Origin: Lingula anatina
Taxonomy: Eukaryota > Animalia > Brachiopoda
Direction: 5' to 3'
DNA length: 64,000 nucleotides
Assembly (NCBI GenBank): GCA_051362555.1
Contig: JBPQGU010000016.1
Location: forward strand, 744,001-808,000
In this document: in pieces, positions 52,379-64,000 of the stretch
How the letters are laid out: each line of letters opens with the position of its first letter
How positions within the stretch are numbered: position 1 is the first letter of the stretch
The notes under the pieces: model-generated
What the model saw: the letters and a program-made list of their open reading frames with translations, nothing else
Database searches by the model: none
What the model was told of the DNA's origin: nothing
Made by a program: the position numbers and the translations under genes

Positions 52379-52414
<36 letters not shown>

Positions 52415-54786
52415 AGGGCGTACTTTACTTACGGACAGTTATCGAGTAGTTTTCAACAATGTTTGCTCTACCCAAGGGTCTCCTTATCGTCCAGATTTAA
52501 TATTTAATGAGCCCGGATCGTTCCAACATTTATTTCTGATAAAGTAAATATCCCGGACGGTGCTGGGTTATTGAATAGCGCGGTGACTGTGATTATCCGT
52601 GGTTTATTGGCCTCGAACGGTACTGGGTCGTCTTGGTTAATTGGTCCGGACGAGACGTTGTGGAGTAAGCGAAATGCAGGAGGGGGCGGGGGGAGGGGCA
52701 AAAGCACTGATTTCACACACATGCATGCACGCGCACGTGCAAACACCTCACACGCCTACCCCTCCACACACGCACACTCACACAAGCGCGCGTGCACACA
52801 CATAGCCCCCAAGTTCTAATTCCGTCTGAATTTGTTTCTTTTATCATGAGACCTTGATTCTTTTTTCTATGGGCATTTTATACGTCAAACCAATAACTTC
52901 CCAGTCGAATAGATTCTTAAACGATGTTCGTTGCTTGCTTCAGCTACCGTCTATCAGAGGATTACGTATATTGAGCTAATATCCTCACAGAACAGCCAGT
53001 GTTGAGTCAGGGAGATTTCTGTGAATATCTTATGAAAAAAACTCTCTGTGGCCCTGGCTGAGGGTATGTTTCTGTTAGAAAATCAATTTCTCTCTATTTG
53101 TTAGTGGCGTTTTTATCCAAACTCTGTCCTAAAAAAATTCATTTCTGAAAAGTGTCTCACAGTTTTGCAATAATTAGAGAAAATTGATAAATAGAATGAA
53201 TGGTGTATTTTTGATGACCGGAAGATCTCCCTTATCTTAAAGTGTAGATAGGGGTAAGCCCTGTCTGGCCAAAGTTGAAAATAATCGCGTCAAATTAACT
53301 CCGTTGTAGATACTTCCCTGACCGACCCTTAAATGATTTCAGTTTGGCATCCACTTAAACACCTGAGAAAATAGATTACTTGGGGACATGGCTTAAGCCG
53401 CCAATATAAAGCCTCGTAACCAGTGTATGATGTAACACTACACTTACATACAACTAGGTGTGATAACGAGGCCCTTGTATGGAGTGGAGGCGCGGCACAG
53501 GGGGTCGTAGTGACCCTCTCAAGGACTGTACGCAAACCTCGAGAGTTTTTAAATAGCACTCGGACGCGGCGTGCTTTCAGCATGAAAGGCGCGTGTTTAA
53601 TACTTGAAATCGTTTTGGCTCATTATTTGCCAAGTCATACCTTAATTGACGCACTGTGAATCTAATTTCTTTGCTATTCTTACGCATAAGATGACATTTT
53701 AGCTTATTCCTTCTGCTTCACACACTTGTTGACTACTACCGTTTAGATATCTCTGAATTTGTATTTGTGGTGTTTACCATCTGATTAAATGAAAACAAAT
53801 GAAAGATAAAAATAGCAAACAGATCATTTACTTTTTTAATTGGGTGGATTTTTCTGGCGGTGGAGGTTTTGTTACCTTGCCAGTACTACTCAAGGCAGGG
53901 GTCAGGGCCATTAAAAAAAACTTGTCTTTCAGCTGTTTACCGCCTATATTTGAATATTCAACAAAATATCAATGTAAGCTTAAAATGTTATGTCTTTATT
54001 ATTTTTCAATTGCAAAAAATATATTTTTATCTATTTGTTTATTCTCTGTTGGTCACATTCAGGTGTCTTTTGGGGAAAACCCAGATTAGTAAAACAAACA
54101 TTCAAAATGTTAATGAAAATAAAAACTCTTTTTTCAAAATGGCTGTTCAAGCATTCTTAACGACAAACGTTTCACTGACTCATTAAAGGAAATGGGACAG
54201 TGAATAACTGAAAAAAAAATCAATCAAATCCAATAACCGTTATCGGTATTTGCTGTAAAGAACTTCTATAGGCTACAGATGGTACTAAGAAATACAAAAT
54301 AAACAAAAAGTTCAATTTTCAGTTAAAACGCTGCAACAATTCGCACAGAATAGTGTTCATCAATGCCCTTATCATCTGTAAGCTAAAAAACGGCAGTTTT
54401 GCTGCGAGTCAAATTTTTCATTAACAGGGACGCTCAAAATTGTCTAAAGTCAATGCATCATACATGTACCAAACCCTACACGCTGTCTAATATCAAATAC
54501 CAGCCATTCACACCAAATTGATACAAATGACATATCTATAAGGTTGGCAAACGTCGGCTGTTCTCAGGCGCGGATTTATCTCCAGTAAAAGTAAACGAAG
54601 TCTCTTTGTTTCGTGGCGTATTGGTTGTGGCGTGGTGTTGACACGGTGATACCCCGGCTATTCAGAGTGTAGAATTAGAACTTCGTCTTATCACAGATCT
54701 GCTCATTTTTGTCCTCAATTTTCGCCAGTTCTCCTGCACTGCAGGCGCACTCATTGACAGGCTGGCTGTCTCAGATATTTCTCCTT

Positions 54787-54833
<47 letters not shown>

Positions 54834-57080
54834 TTTTTTTAAAACAGGAAAGGAATCCCATTTTTCAAAATAACTATTCAAAAAAACTATCCCCTCCCCC
54901 GTTTTTATTACTGATCTAATCAGACTAAAGTGATTTTAATTATGCTCACTTTCAGGAAGAAAGCAAGACAAAGAGAGGACCTTCTACTTAAAACTTAAAA
55001 CTAGATTTGTCTAACCCCCCTCCCCCCCCCCCCCCAATATGTAACCAAATTCAAAAAACTAGAAAAAAGCCTGTCTAATTGAGAGCTCTTGTGTAGCATT
55101 TTTCACTGACTTGGATCTCTTTAATCCTTCTCTAAATCCCTCACTACCCTCCCGCCTTTCAATATGGAAGTCTTATCTAATCGCACGCTTGCTGTTATAC
55201 ATATCGAAATTGCCTGATGTCAGCATAAAAACGACCAGCAAAAAACGCAGCTCAATTTTTTTTCTAAAGAAATCCCGGAGCCTTTTAAATTAAATTATAT
55301 CATGTAACCTCTAGTCAGCAGCTTGTAATGACTGGCTTTTACCTTATTTTTCACAGCTTCTCTATGCTGGGGGTTAAATGGAATAAAAGCTGCATATTTC
55401 TTTAAGTGAATTGCACTAAGAGATGCCCATAATGGTGTAACACAAGGAGAATAGAACGCAGAGTAGAACTGTAGTGGTTCAAAACTGTTTTGGATGAGAT
55501 GATTGATACAATGGGCTGTGAGTGCTTTAGATGCTGTGCGTGCGTGTGTTGGTTTGTATGTGTGCGTGTTTGTAAGTGTGTGTGTGTGTGCTTTCGTGCA
55601 TGCGTGATGAAGTACGCCCTTGCGCACGTACTTAAGATAGTAAGGAAGTAAAAGGCGCAGGGGCTAGAGTCAGGCAGAGCTACTGGGGTTGGGGGAGGGG
55701 GAGGGTTTCGCCCAAACATGTCGAAAGCTGCTCTGTGGCATGTTGAATCACGCCGTCAAGGTAACAAAACCCATCACAGATAAACAAAATACATAAGCAC
55801 CTTCTGCTTCAAAGTTAAAGCTTCCACACAAAACCAGAAGCTGGCGTTTTACTTCTGTATAACAGAAGACAGTGAACCTTACCAAAGTCGCACTAAAAAC
55901 CCATCGTTGTGTTACGATAAGGATATCAGTGTCCCAAGTTCACATAATATACATAACCCCTATATATGCATGCTATCGTTTAATGAATATGGCATTTCAC
56001 ATTGATTTTGTCTGCTAGTGAGCGTTCAATGTATATACCCTTTCAGAAAATAATCCATCAATGCTATGAATTGAGACGACTGTCAGGCATTTTAAATGTC
56101 GTGAGTTAAGGCTGTCTCAAGTCAGTCAGACATATGTAGTTAAGCTATCCCCATAATAGAGGCGTTAATATTGTATCATTATGGGATGGCACCTTAGAAT
56201 CTTGATCTTCACTTCTCCGTTTCTTGCTAAAATTCCAAAATCGAAATAGATTTGTCCCTTTCACGAATAATCCTTAAGAAAATGCCAAACCCTGTTCCGA
56301 GCATTGACGTTTAATGTCTGTAATATGTTGATTATCAGGTTTTCATCACTGTTTGTGTCTTGTCCGCGATGTAGAAAAGGATTGTAACAAAGCCATCGTA
56401 TGCGGAATTGACGGACGTTGGAAATAATCGATGTTGTTTTGTGTCCAATCTACAGTGAAACAACAATTCCTTTCAATCTCTATTGATCCCAAGTGGAACC
56501 TTGACTATAAAAAGGTCGTACATAAAACCATTAGGACTGATGTCAAAACTCAATTATGTCCGTAGTTTTGATAACACATGACAGCTTAAGCCAAGGCAGT
56601 GTCTGATGAGTACAATTGTCTCGTCGGATATTTCACTAGATATTTGCTGATGCGGTTATCCTGGGACGGGGGGGGGGGGAGGGGGGGGGGAGGTCCGGTT
56701 GAACTGTACTCTAGTAGTACAATTTATGGGTACGGGTCTGGTATATTAGAGCAACTCCCAAGTCAATATCACACTAAGCTCAACTGATTCACAGTGGACA
56801 AGGGGGTTATTAGTGAAGTCATTAGTGAAGAATATCATAAAGTTCCCGTGCCAAAATGTGCCTTTTAAAGTTTATCTGGAAATATGTCACTGAAGATTCA
56901 CTCCATATTTTGTATCTAAATCACTGGTGTAAAAGATGGCTTTCGTAAAACAAACAAAAAAATCAATCAAAAAATATTTCTTGGTGGATTTATTCCAGAT
57001 TTGGAATAACTGTCCCCGTAGTTGGCTCATAGCCTGTATATCCAGAACTGCTTAGCTATTCCTGCGAGGAGAATTTATTT

Positions 57081-58307
57081 TCAATCCCCCTGGTACACGA
57101 TGTGTATAGCGGTGTCAGTTTGACTCGGTTCCTCGTCAATAATAACAGGTTCCGGTGGATGTTCAGCACTTTCCACCCCTAGCAACCACTGAATTATGCG
57201 TTCATCTTGTTCCCCGTCCTCTCCCGCGCTATCCCCTTGCGCGCTGTCGTCTGCCTTTGAGCTCGGTTGTCTGCTTAAGACGTCCCTCATGTACAAGCGT
57301 TCCTGACTTAAACTGGATGATTTAGAAGAATTGGAATGGGTAGGGTTCGCCTTTCCGTTCGTTTTAACTTTCACGTGGTTGGTTTTCTTGTTGTCTGACT
57401 TTTTGGCACTTTGTGAGATTTTGAGCTTACGATTTTTGTTCATATCACTTATAAAAGGTTCTGATTGAGTCCTAGACATCCCTTTCAGGTCCGATCTGGT
57501 GGTCCCTTTCAGGTCGGTTTGGGTGTAATTTCTCCTCATTCCGGGGATAGGTGGCTTTGCGCCACCCCTCGGTAAACGTACTTTCATATTATTACCACTT
57601 TTAGAAATTTCGTTCTGACTAGACAACAACTGCTTCTCAAACAGCGTTTCAAGTTTTGGCGACGCAAGGCCGCCATTGTCATTTCCCGGACACCATGACT
57701 TTGTTCTTGCCAACCTCAGCTCCGTAGAGAGGGGTAACTGGCGATGTCCCGGGGACTTGGGGGTGGGGGGCAGGGCGCTCCTGGGGCTGTCATACCCTGA
57801 GGACATTGAACCGGGGCTCAGCTGAGGGTGCCGTACACCGTTTGTTGTCGATTCAGGAGACGTGTTACTGTCTACAAGCATGGGCGACTTAGACGTACGT
57901 AACTGCACATCGACTGGAGAGTTAAGAGAAATTCTTTCAGGTTTGTGTTTTCTTTTAATGACAGGGTAACTCACGGCGCCGCCATTGTTTCCATTGAAAA
58001 GCGGCACAGGTGACGTCCCGTCAGAAGAACGTGGCGTCGACAGCGGCGTTCCGCCGTTGACGTACCCTGGAGTTGGGGACTTAGGACCTCCCATGATCGG
58101 TGGGAGTTCGGGTGCACTCAAACGTCTGTCGCTGAGATCATGCTGAATATCAGTTTTAACTGGCGATCCACTGTGCGTTCGAAGTCTTGCCGATTGCTGC
58201 TCCCCCGATGACGCGCTCTGCCGGCTGCCGCTGAAGGAGGACGCTGAACGAGCCGTGTGAGGTGTACGCGTTTCTGTGCGTAATTTGTCCGTCTCAGAGT
58301 TTCGCAT
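57081..58307 (-). CDS. Uncharacterised 408-aa Ser/Pro-rich, probably disordered protein in a single coding exon
   Basis: 1.2-kb GC-elevated open frame. First in-frame ATG at 58307 (ACGATG, A at -3) follows an upstream in-frame stop. A strong acceptor TTTTTTTCAG near 58915 suggests a spliced 5' UTR. No domain recognised; C-terminus is ERIIQWLLGVE...QTDTAIHIVYQGD. Confidence 0.85.
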   Translation of the reverse strand: MRNSETDKLRTETRTPHTARSASSFSGSRQSASSGEQQSARLRTHSGSPVKTDIQHDLSDRRLSAPELPPIMGGPKSPTPGYVNGGTPLSTPRSSDGTSPVPLFNGNNGGAVSYPVIKRKHKPERISLNSPVDVQLRTSKSPMLVDSNTSPESTTNGVRHPQLSPGSMSSGYDSPRSALPPTPKSPGHRQLPLSTELRLARTKSWCPGNDNGGLASPKLETLFEKQLLSSQNEISKSGNNMKVRLPRGGAKPPIPGMRRNYTQTDLKGTTRSDLKGMSRTQSEPFISDMNKNRKLKISQSAKKSDNKKTNHVKVKTNGKANPTHSNSSKSSSLSQERLYMRDVLSRQPSSKADDSAQGDSAGEDGEQDERIIQWLLGVESAEHPPEPVIIDEEPSQTDTAIHIVYQGD

Positions 58308-60762
58308 CGTACCCCCTAGCAAGAATATATGTGCGTTTCTCTTCGATGATTTTGATTTTGATATTTTTTTTTAATCACGACTTGTTAATCCTCGCTTCGT
58401 TCATTTTAGGTTTAAATAAAAATGTCTTTCTTTCCGTAAGATGTCAAGTATTAGCTGTGAACAGCACTGTATGTATATATTAAATCCAGGTTCCATTTTG
58501 TTGTTGCTATTAATTCCTGTCTCGGCGGTTTCAGAAATTTAATGAACAGGTGACATCATTCCCGGATAATTACATTTTGTTGAATGAATTCTTGCCTTTT
58601 TGGTTCCGCACACACAGTGGCGAGTGTGCTTATGTACCGATGTAAATATCCTAAAGCAAAAGTCCCCGTTTTTGCAGAGAGGATGTCGAAGACGTCCCCA
58701 AGCGAAAATCGCTTCTGTTTCCAACTGACAATGTCACCGGTGTTGTCTCAACTTTGCCAGTTAGTAAACTGTATCGCCGTTATCAATGAGCCGGCTATGA
58801 GTTTGTGTAACTAGCCTGGATTGACGATAATAAGTCAGCTGTTTGCTCGGTCCTACCAGTAGCAATGAAGCGGACGGGCGAGAGAGCGTTCTTCCTCTCT
58901 TCGCTTCACAGGCTCTGAAAAAAATATTCGAGATGGTGATTAAAAAACACCCAGATGCGTGTTATTTTGCATTAGAAATTCTCACGAGCTTTTGTAAAAG
59001 GTAAATATTTCTGATCGGATGTTTGAGTATTACCATGCGTTCTATAACGCTTCCGGCTCTAAGCTAGTAGTTTCTATGCCGCCGTGTGTGTCGCGACTGG
59101 AAGAGAGATCGAAGAGAGGATGGCAACACGGCGTGACGTCAGCGCGTATGGGCAGACGATCGTTACTCTCTTGAAAACAACTCATGTAAGGGATTTCCTT
59201 TTGGAAGGAAGATAATTGTCACATCGTGAGAAAGGATGTCCGTAGACTTGAATTACACTTTGGTATAATATTCTCCCATTAAACTCAGCATTTGGAAAAG
59301 TGTCGTCTGTCTACCTTGACCTCGTGCAAGACGGGACCAAACGATATCGATTATTTCCCTCTTCACCTTCTGAAAGCTTTCCTTTCAATTTAAATGGGCC
59401 GTGTTATCGTTGACAAATACCTCTATAAATATTTCACGACTTCAGTCATGAAAAGACTAGTCTTAGATACGTGCTAAGTGGGCATTACGCCGGCTCAGAG
59501 CTGGGATTAAGAGTTGAAATTCAATAAAAAAGAGTCCGCTGATTGAAGGCCCGTTGAGGGTTTTTTTTTCAAGAGGTTCCTTGATTTTGAAATAAAACAT
59601 GTTTGGTGGAAACCGGGTGATTGACCAATGTTAACAATGATGTATTGTTATATTGGTGTGCCCATTATTTAAGCTTGACCTAAAATATTGTAAATCATTT
59701 CATCGCAAACGCTTCTGTATGCGAGTAGTTTTTGGCTTTATTTCTCAGTACCAAAACATCAAATATTCGATTAGTTTGTGCGTTCAAAAAGCCTCTCTGC
59801 AGTGCCCCTACTTCACAAATTTGATGGTTACAAATAATTTTGTTAATTTCTCAATTTCCTTCGGAAAAAGATAAATAATCTTGTAAATTCCAAGCCAATA
59901 GTCGACACATTTCAAAATGTCAATTTTGTAATTTTGTTAGGCCTATATCACAACGTCACATAATTAAAAGATCAAATTTGGTCTTCAATTATTTACTTTT
60001 AGATTGTACCCTATCAACAGACTTTTTTATGAAAAGAAAAACCAATATGAAAGATTATGACAACGTATTGGCGTTGCGCAATCATGTCTACACAATGGCA
60101 ACGTTAAGATATTGACACCTGTATCAACATAAATCATAAATGAAAAACGGAAACAGAAGCACTGAAAGCATATGTTAGGCCGATTTTGACAAAACTCGAT
60201 CAGTTCTAACTCCAGATCTTAGATTTGACTTGATTAAGATCCCCGTTTTGTTATAAACTGTCATAAGTCTCTCTCTCTCTGTTCTTCGTCCGCTCAATTC
60301 AATAATTACAGAGTGGGGGTTCAAACGTCCACATTCAGAAATCAGAGCTGAAATATTTTAGCTAAATCAAACTGAGCGCGACTTGCTCGTGAATTATGAA
60401 CGGGCAATAATTCACTCCTCCATGTTTAAGTGAAATCCCACGCTGTTAACAAGTTGAAACATAAACAGAATGAAGTGAGAGTGAAAAATGTTGGGATTTT
60501 TATCACGTAGCGAATATAAGTTTTCCATTGTGTTTGCTTTATGGAAAGATTCAGCACGTTTGGTGTCGTATTTCAATGTCAAAAAGAGGGCGTTTGGGAT
60601 ATTTTATTACAATTTTCTATATAATATCTAGCTTTTTAAGCAGCATAGTTTTCTTTCACAAAAAGCTATGCTTTTCCATCTTATGTTAAGTAGAACGATA
60701 TCTGACTGCGGTTTTATTTAATACATTTAGATTGAAAGCCGAAATTGCTAGTCATCTAAAAG

Positions 60763-60923
60763 CAGGGGCGGATGAGGCTGTCTTCTTCCGGAAGACGGTC
60801 AGAATTTTTCAATTTACATTGAAAGTCACCTAATTTTTCTGTCGGAAGACGGTCAAAAATGGAGGATGGATCAACAAAGATAGTTGCAAAGACTGTCAGA
60901 AAGTATCTCTGGATCCGCCCCCG
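60763..60923. mobile_element. Small TIR MITE with 6-bp target-site duplication
   Basis: TAAAAG-CAGGGGCGGAT ... GGATCCGCCCCCG-TAAAAG, with internal GGAAGACGGTCA repeats. Confidence 0.7.
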
Positions 60924-61725
60924 TAAAAGTACAAAATTCAGAACACGTAACAGAATTAATAATTGACCATAAGAAAGAGGAATTAGTCATATGTTTATCT
61001 CTGTTTGGGTAACACGTTTTACTACAAACATAAACAGAATACCAGAACTAACCACTACCCACGTGCGTAAGGACGAACAAAGGCCTAACTTCATTCTCAA
61101 TCATTTCAGTGTATTTTCACAACCGTCTGCACAATTCTGAAGGCATTTTGTCTGAACTTTAGGTATAAGTCGCAATATGGCCCTTTGTGGTAAAACATTG
61201 TGGTTAAAATAAGAATGATTTTACTTCTTCCCTCCCCTCTCTCTCTCTCTCTCTCTCTCTCTCAGTAAGAAAACTCAAGTTCACAAGTCATCCCATCACA
61301 TCCCATCACACCTTATCTAACCCCTCCGTGACACTCAAACATTTTTTTTTTTTCTAAATAAATGACACACTTGAAGAGAAGAGAGGGAAGATAAGTCCGT
61401 CTACTTTAGAATTGACCTTTAATTTCGATCATTATGACACCGGGACAACGCTTCTCTTTGGGGCGTATTTTAATGGCTTACCAATGTGGAATTAGAGGGA
61501 ATATATCACTTTAATGTCAAAGCGTTCGTTGCGTAAGTATACTTAATCTACCGAACGGCTCGGTCGTGTTGATACTACGTCGATCGTGATAGAATGTTAA
61601 GCCTCATGTTTGGGTTTGATCCCCTTGGGTTTAGTGGGATGATTCGGCAAAATATCTTATTTATCGGCTGCAAGTGTGTTTAATGGAAATTATCTTGGTT
61701 TCAAGGGTGTGGTTTGCGAAAAGTA

Positions 61726-61776
<51 letters not shown>

Positions 61777-63148
61777 ATGATGATGAAGATGATGATGATA
61801 TTGATGATAATAATGAAAAGAGAGCAAGGGAGAGAGCGAGAGAAGAACGTATCTTATATCGCCATTTTATAACAAAAAGGGCATTGCGTATGTTCAAGTT
61901 ATCGTGATGTTTCTCACCCTTCTTGTGAAAAAATATGTTGCGTTCGTTTAATAATGGTAATTTTTTTCTTTCTCAAAAATTAAAGATATAAGTAAAGAAA
62001 GAAAGCTAAAACTAGATGGCTGGACAAAGAAAACAGTCAACCTTCTGTGTATTTCGACACATAATAATTCTTCATAACTCAGCGGAACTGATGTTGCAAG
62101 AATGTGTTTATTATAGATATAGAAGGCGGAACAAAAATAATACAATTATATATAATACCTGACAGACAGAAAACCGACACCAACTGTTTACGGGCATTTT
62201 GTCATATTATGATTTTAGAACTCGTGCATGGTGGAACTGATAACTTTTAGAGACGGCTCGCATATATCTGTAAATCGGTGTCACGAGGAATTATTGCAAT
62301 TTGGGGTGATTTTTGCACAAAGCTTGCTGTAATACAGGACGGGATTAAAATAATAAAATTTGATAAATTAATTTAATTTGTTTTAATATTTTAAAAAATA
62401 GAATCCAATTAAAACCAATTTAAATAAAAGACACTTTAAATTTAAATAAAAGACACTAACACGGGTATTTTTAAATGTAATAATTACTTAAAACCCCTGC
62501 ACTCGATATCCTTAAAAAATAGGCCCGCATATTGTTCAATGTCACGAGAGATTGTAGCAATTTAGGGTGATTTTCTCCACAGGGCTCACAATTATCGTGT
62601 GTTTTCTTTAGTAACTAACAAACACGACTTCAGTGTCAGTGTCGTAAATGAGTCAGGTGTTCAACATAAACCAGTAATGGATACAGTTATGATCGTAACT
62701 ACATCTACTGTGGAAATGCGGTAGAGTATGACATAATTGTATTTGATTCACCAATTAGGAATGAGCCAACCGATAAGATATACATCTGTGCTTTGTTTTC
62801 TTTTTTTTTTTCTTTCTTTCTTTTTTTTAAGGGTTCAGACTGACGTCTGACTAAACATGAGGACATTCAGTGTAATTCACTCAGCACCTGACAAGGTAGA
62901 ATTTTTTTTTCATTCAAGCTGACCTCTGACTACAGTTAAGGTCGATATGCACCGCACGAACGCATGGTATCTGGTGATTGAACGAAGAACAGCACCAGAT
63001 TATAGACAGTGGTAGGTTTAGTACACCTTCTCCAAGCTGTGTCTGTAGTAGCGTTCTCCTGAGGACGGGGGAAGGAGACTCCCCCCCTCCCCACCCCTTT
63101 ACCCACCATCCCTCTCCCATCCACATCCCCAACTTTCTCCAAAACAAG

Positions 63149-63152
<4 letters not shown>

Positions 63153-63213
<61 letters not shown>

Positions 63214-63246
63214 AAGAAAGAAAGAAAGAAAGAAAGAAAGAACAGA
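63153..63246. repeat. (AG)n and (AAAG)n microsatellite
   Basis: Directly visible. Confidence 0.95.
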
Positions 63247-63537
63247 TAAAAATATGAAAAAGATATCCCTTATTTGAGTACTACTGTATAAATGATTGCC
63301 GTGTTTTCATTAGCTAGGAGTCAAAACATCTATTTTATGCGAAGCACCCTGAGTTTCTGATGAGAGTATTCACCACGTCCATCGTCATCCACATGCCCCT
63401 TCACTGAGTCAGCTCCCAGTAACCTGTGATACTCAGGTTTATGTGGAGAGACACGGTGTTTTCAGTCATAGAACCCTGAGATTCAAAGATGACTGGGAAC
63501 TCACCGCTTCTCCCTGAGTCAAGCTAACCACGACAAT

Positions 63538-63636
63538 CACAGAACGTTATTATAACGTTACCATAACGTTTATATAACCAATAAAAACGTCATGGTAACG
63601 TTATGACAACGTTATAAAACGTTCTGTGTTTGCTGG
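63538..63636. repeat. Palindromic AACGTT-rich MITE remnant
   Basis: CACAGAACGTT ... AACGTTCTGTG with multiple internal TAACGTT units. Confidence 0.6.
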
Positions 63637-64000
63637 AATTATAGATGTGACATTTTGGTTACCCCTGAGAGTCAAGGTGCTGGGAATGAAAGAGGCGTGT
63701 TGAGGAGAGATTTTATTAATCTGTGAATCTCGGGGTGATTTTGTAAGGGTCGTCACACCAACAGGGAAGTTGAAACAGCTTCATGTCTGTCACTCATGTT
63801 TAATTCTCTCTCCTTCTCTCTCTCTCTCTCTCTTTCTCTTGAGGGGTGGGGTGGGGTGAGGGGAGGGGGGGTATTCAGGAAACCGCAACTTATAAAGCAT
63901 ATGATATCAAATCTATTAAAACTTCAAAGGGGGTTATTAGTATACAAGGCACGAATCTTGTTAACGTGTAACAGCTCGCCTTGAATATTTTCACTTTGTA

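Noticed and set aside
2867-63984. Many 60-130 aa ORFs with poly-F, YI, HT, LS, RE or CV runs
   Set aside because: Translations of microsatellites and homopolymers with no coding support.

Overview
AT-rich, intron-containing, microsatellite-rich animal DNA that looks invertebrate, probably lophotrochozoan (inferred, not established). No prokaryotic features, rRNA, intact tRNA or CRISPR array were found. The left 27 kb holds three tandem minus-strand paralogs (called A, B, C) that I reconstructed by hand from splice sites. Each encodes a type II membrane protein: N-terminal cytoplasmic tail with Tyr motifs, one TM helix, 4-5+ EGF-like exons, and a C-terminal 6-Cys SRCR domain (A runs off the left edge). 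The paralogs differ by gain and loss of phase-1 EGF exons from a 4-exon cassette, by triplication of the Tyr-motif unit in C, by splice-donor switching, and by a dead extra SRCR exon. Next is a complete 6-exon METTL24-like methyltransferase with a signal anchor and a 10-aa repeat stem. It is followed by a 2.27-kb tandem duplication overlapping an L1/Tx1 LINE fragment, about 16 kb without a credible ORF, and a 408-aa Ser/Pro-rich single-exon orphan ORF. Several DNA transposons are present: a mariner nested in a 4.8-kb TIR element, a piggyBac-like element and MITEs. All gene models come from manual reading and need RNA-seq confirmation.
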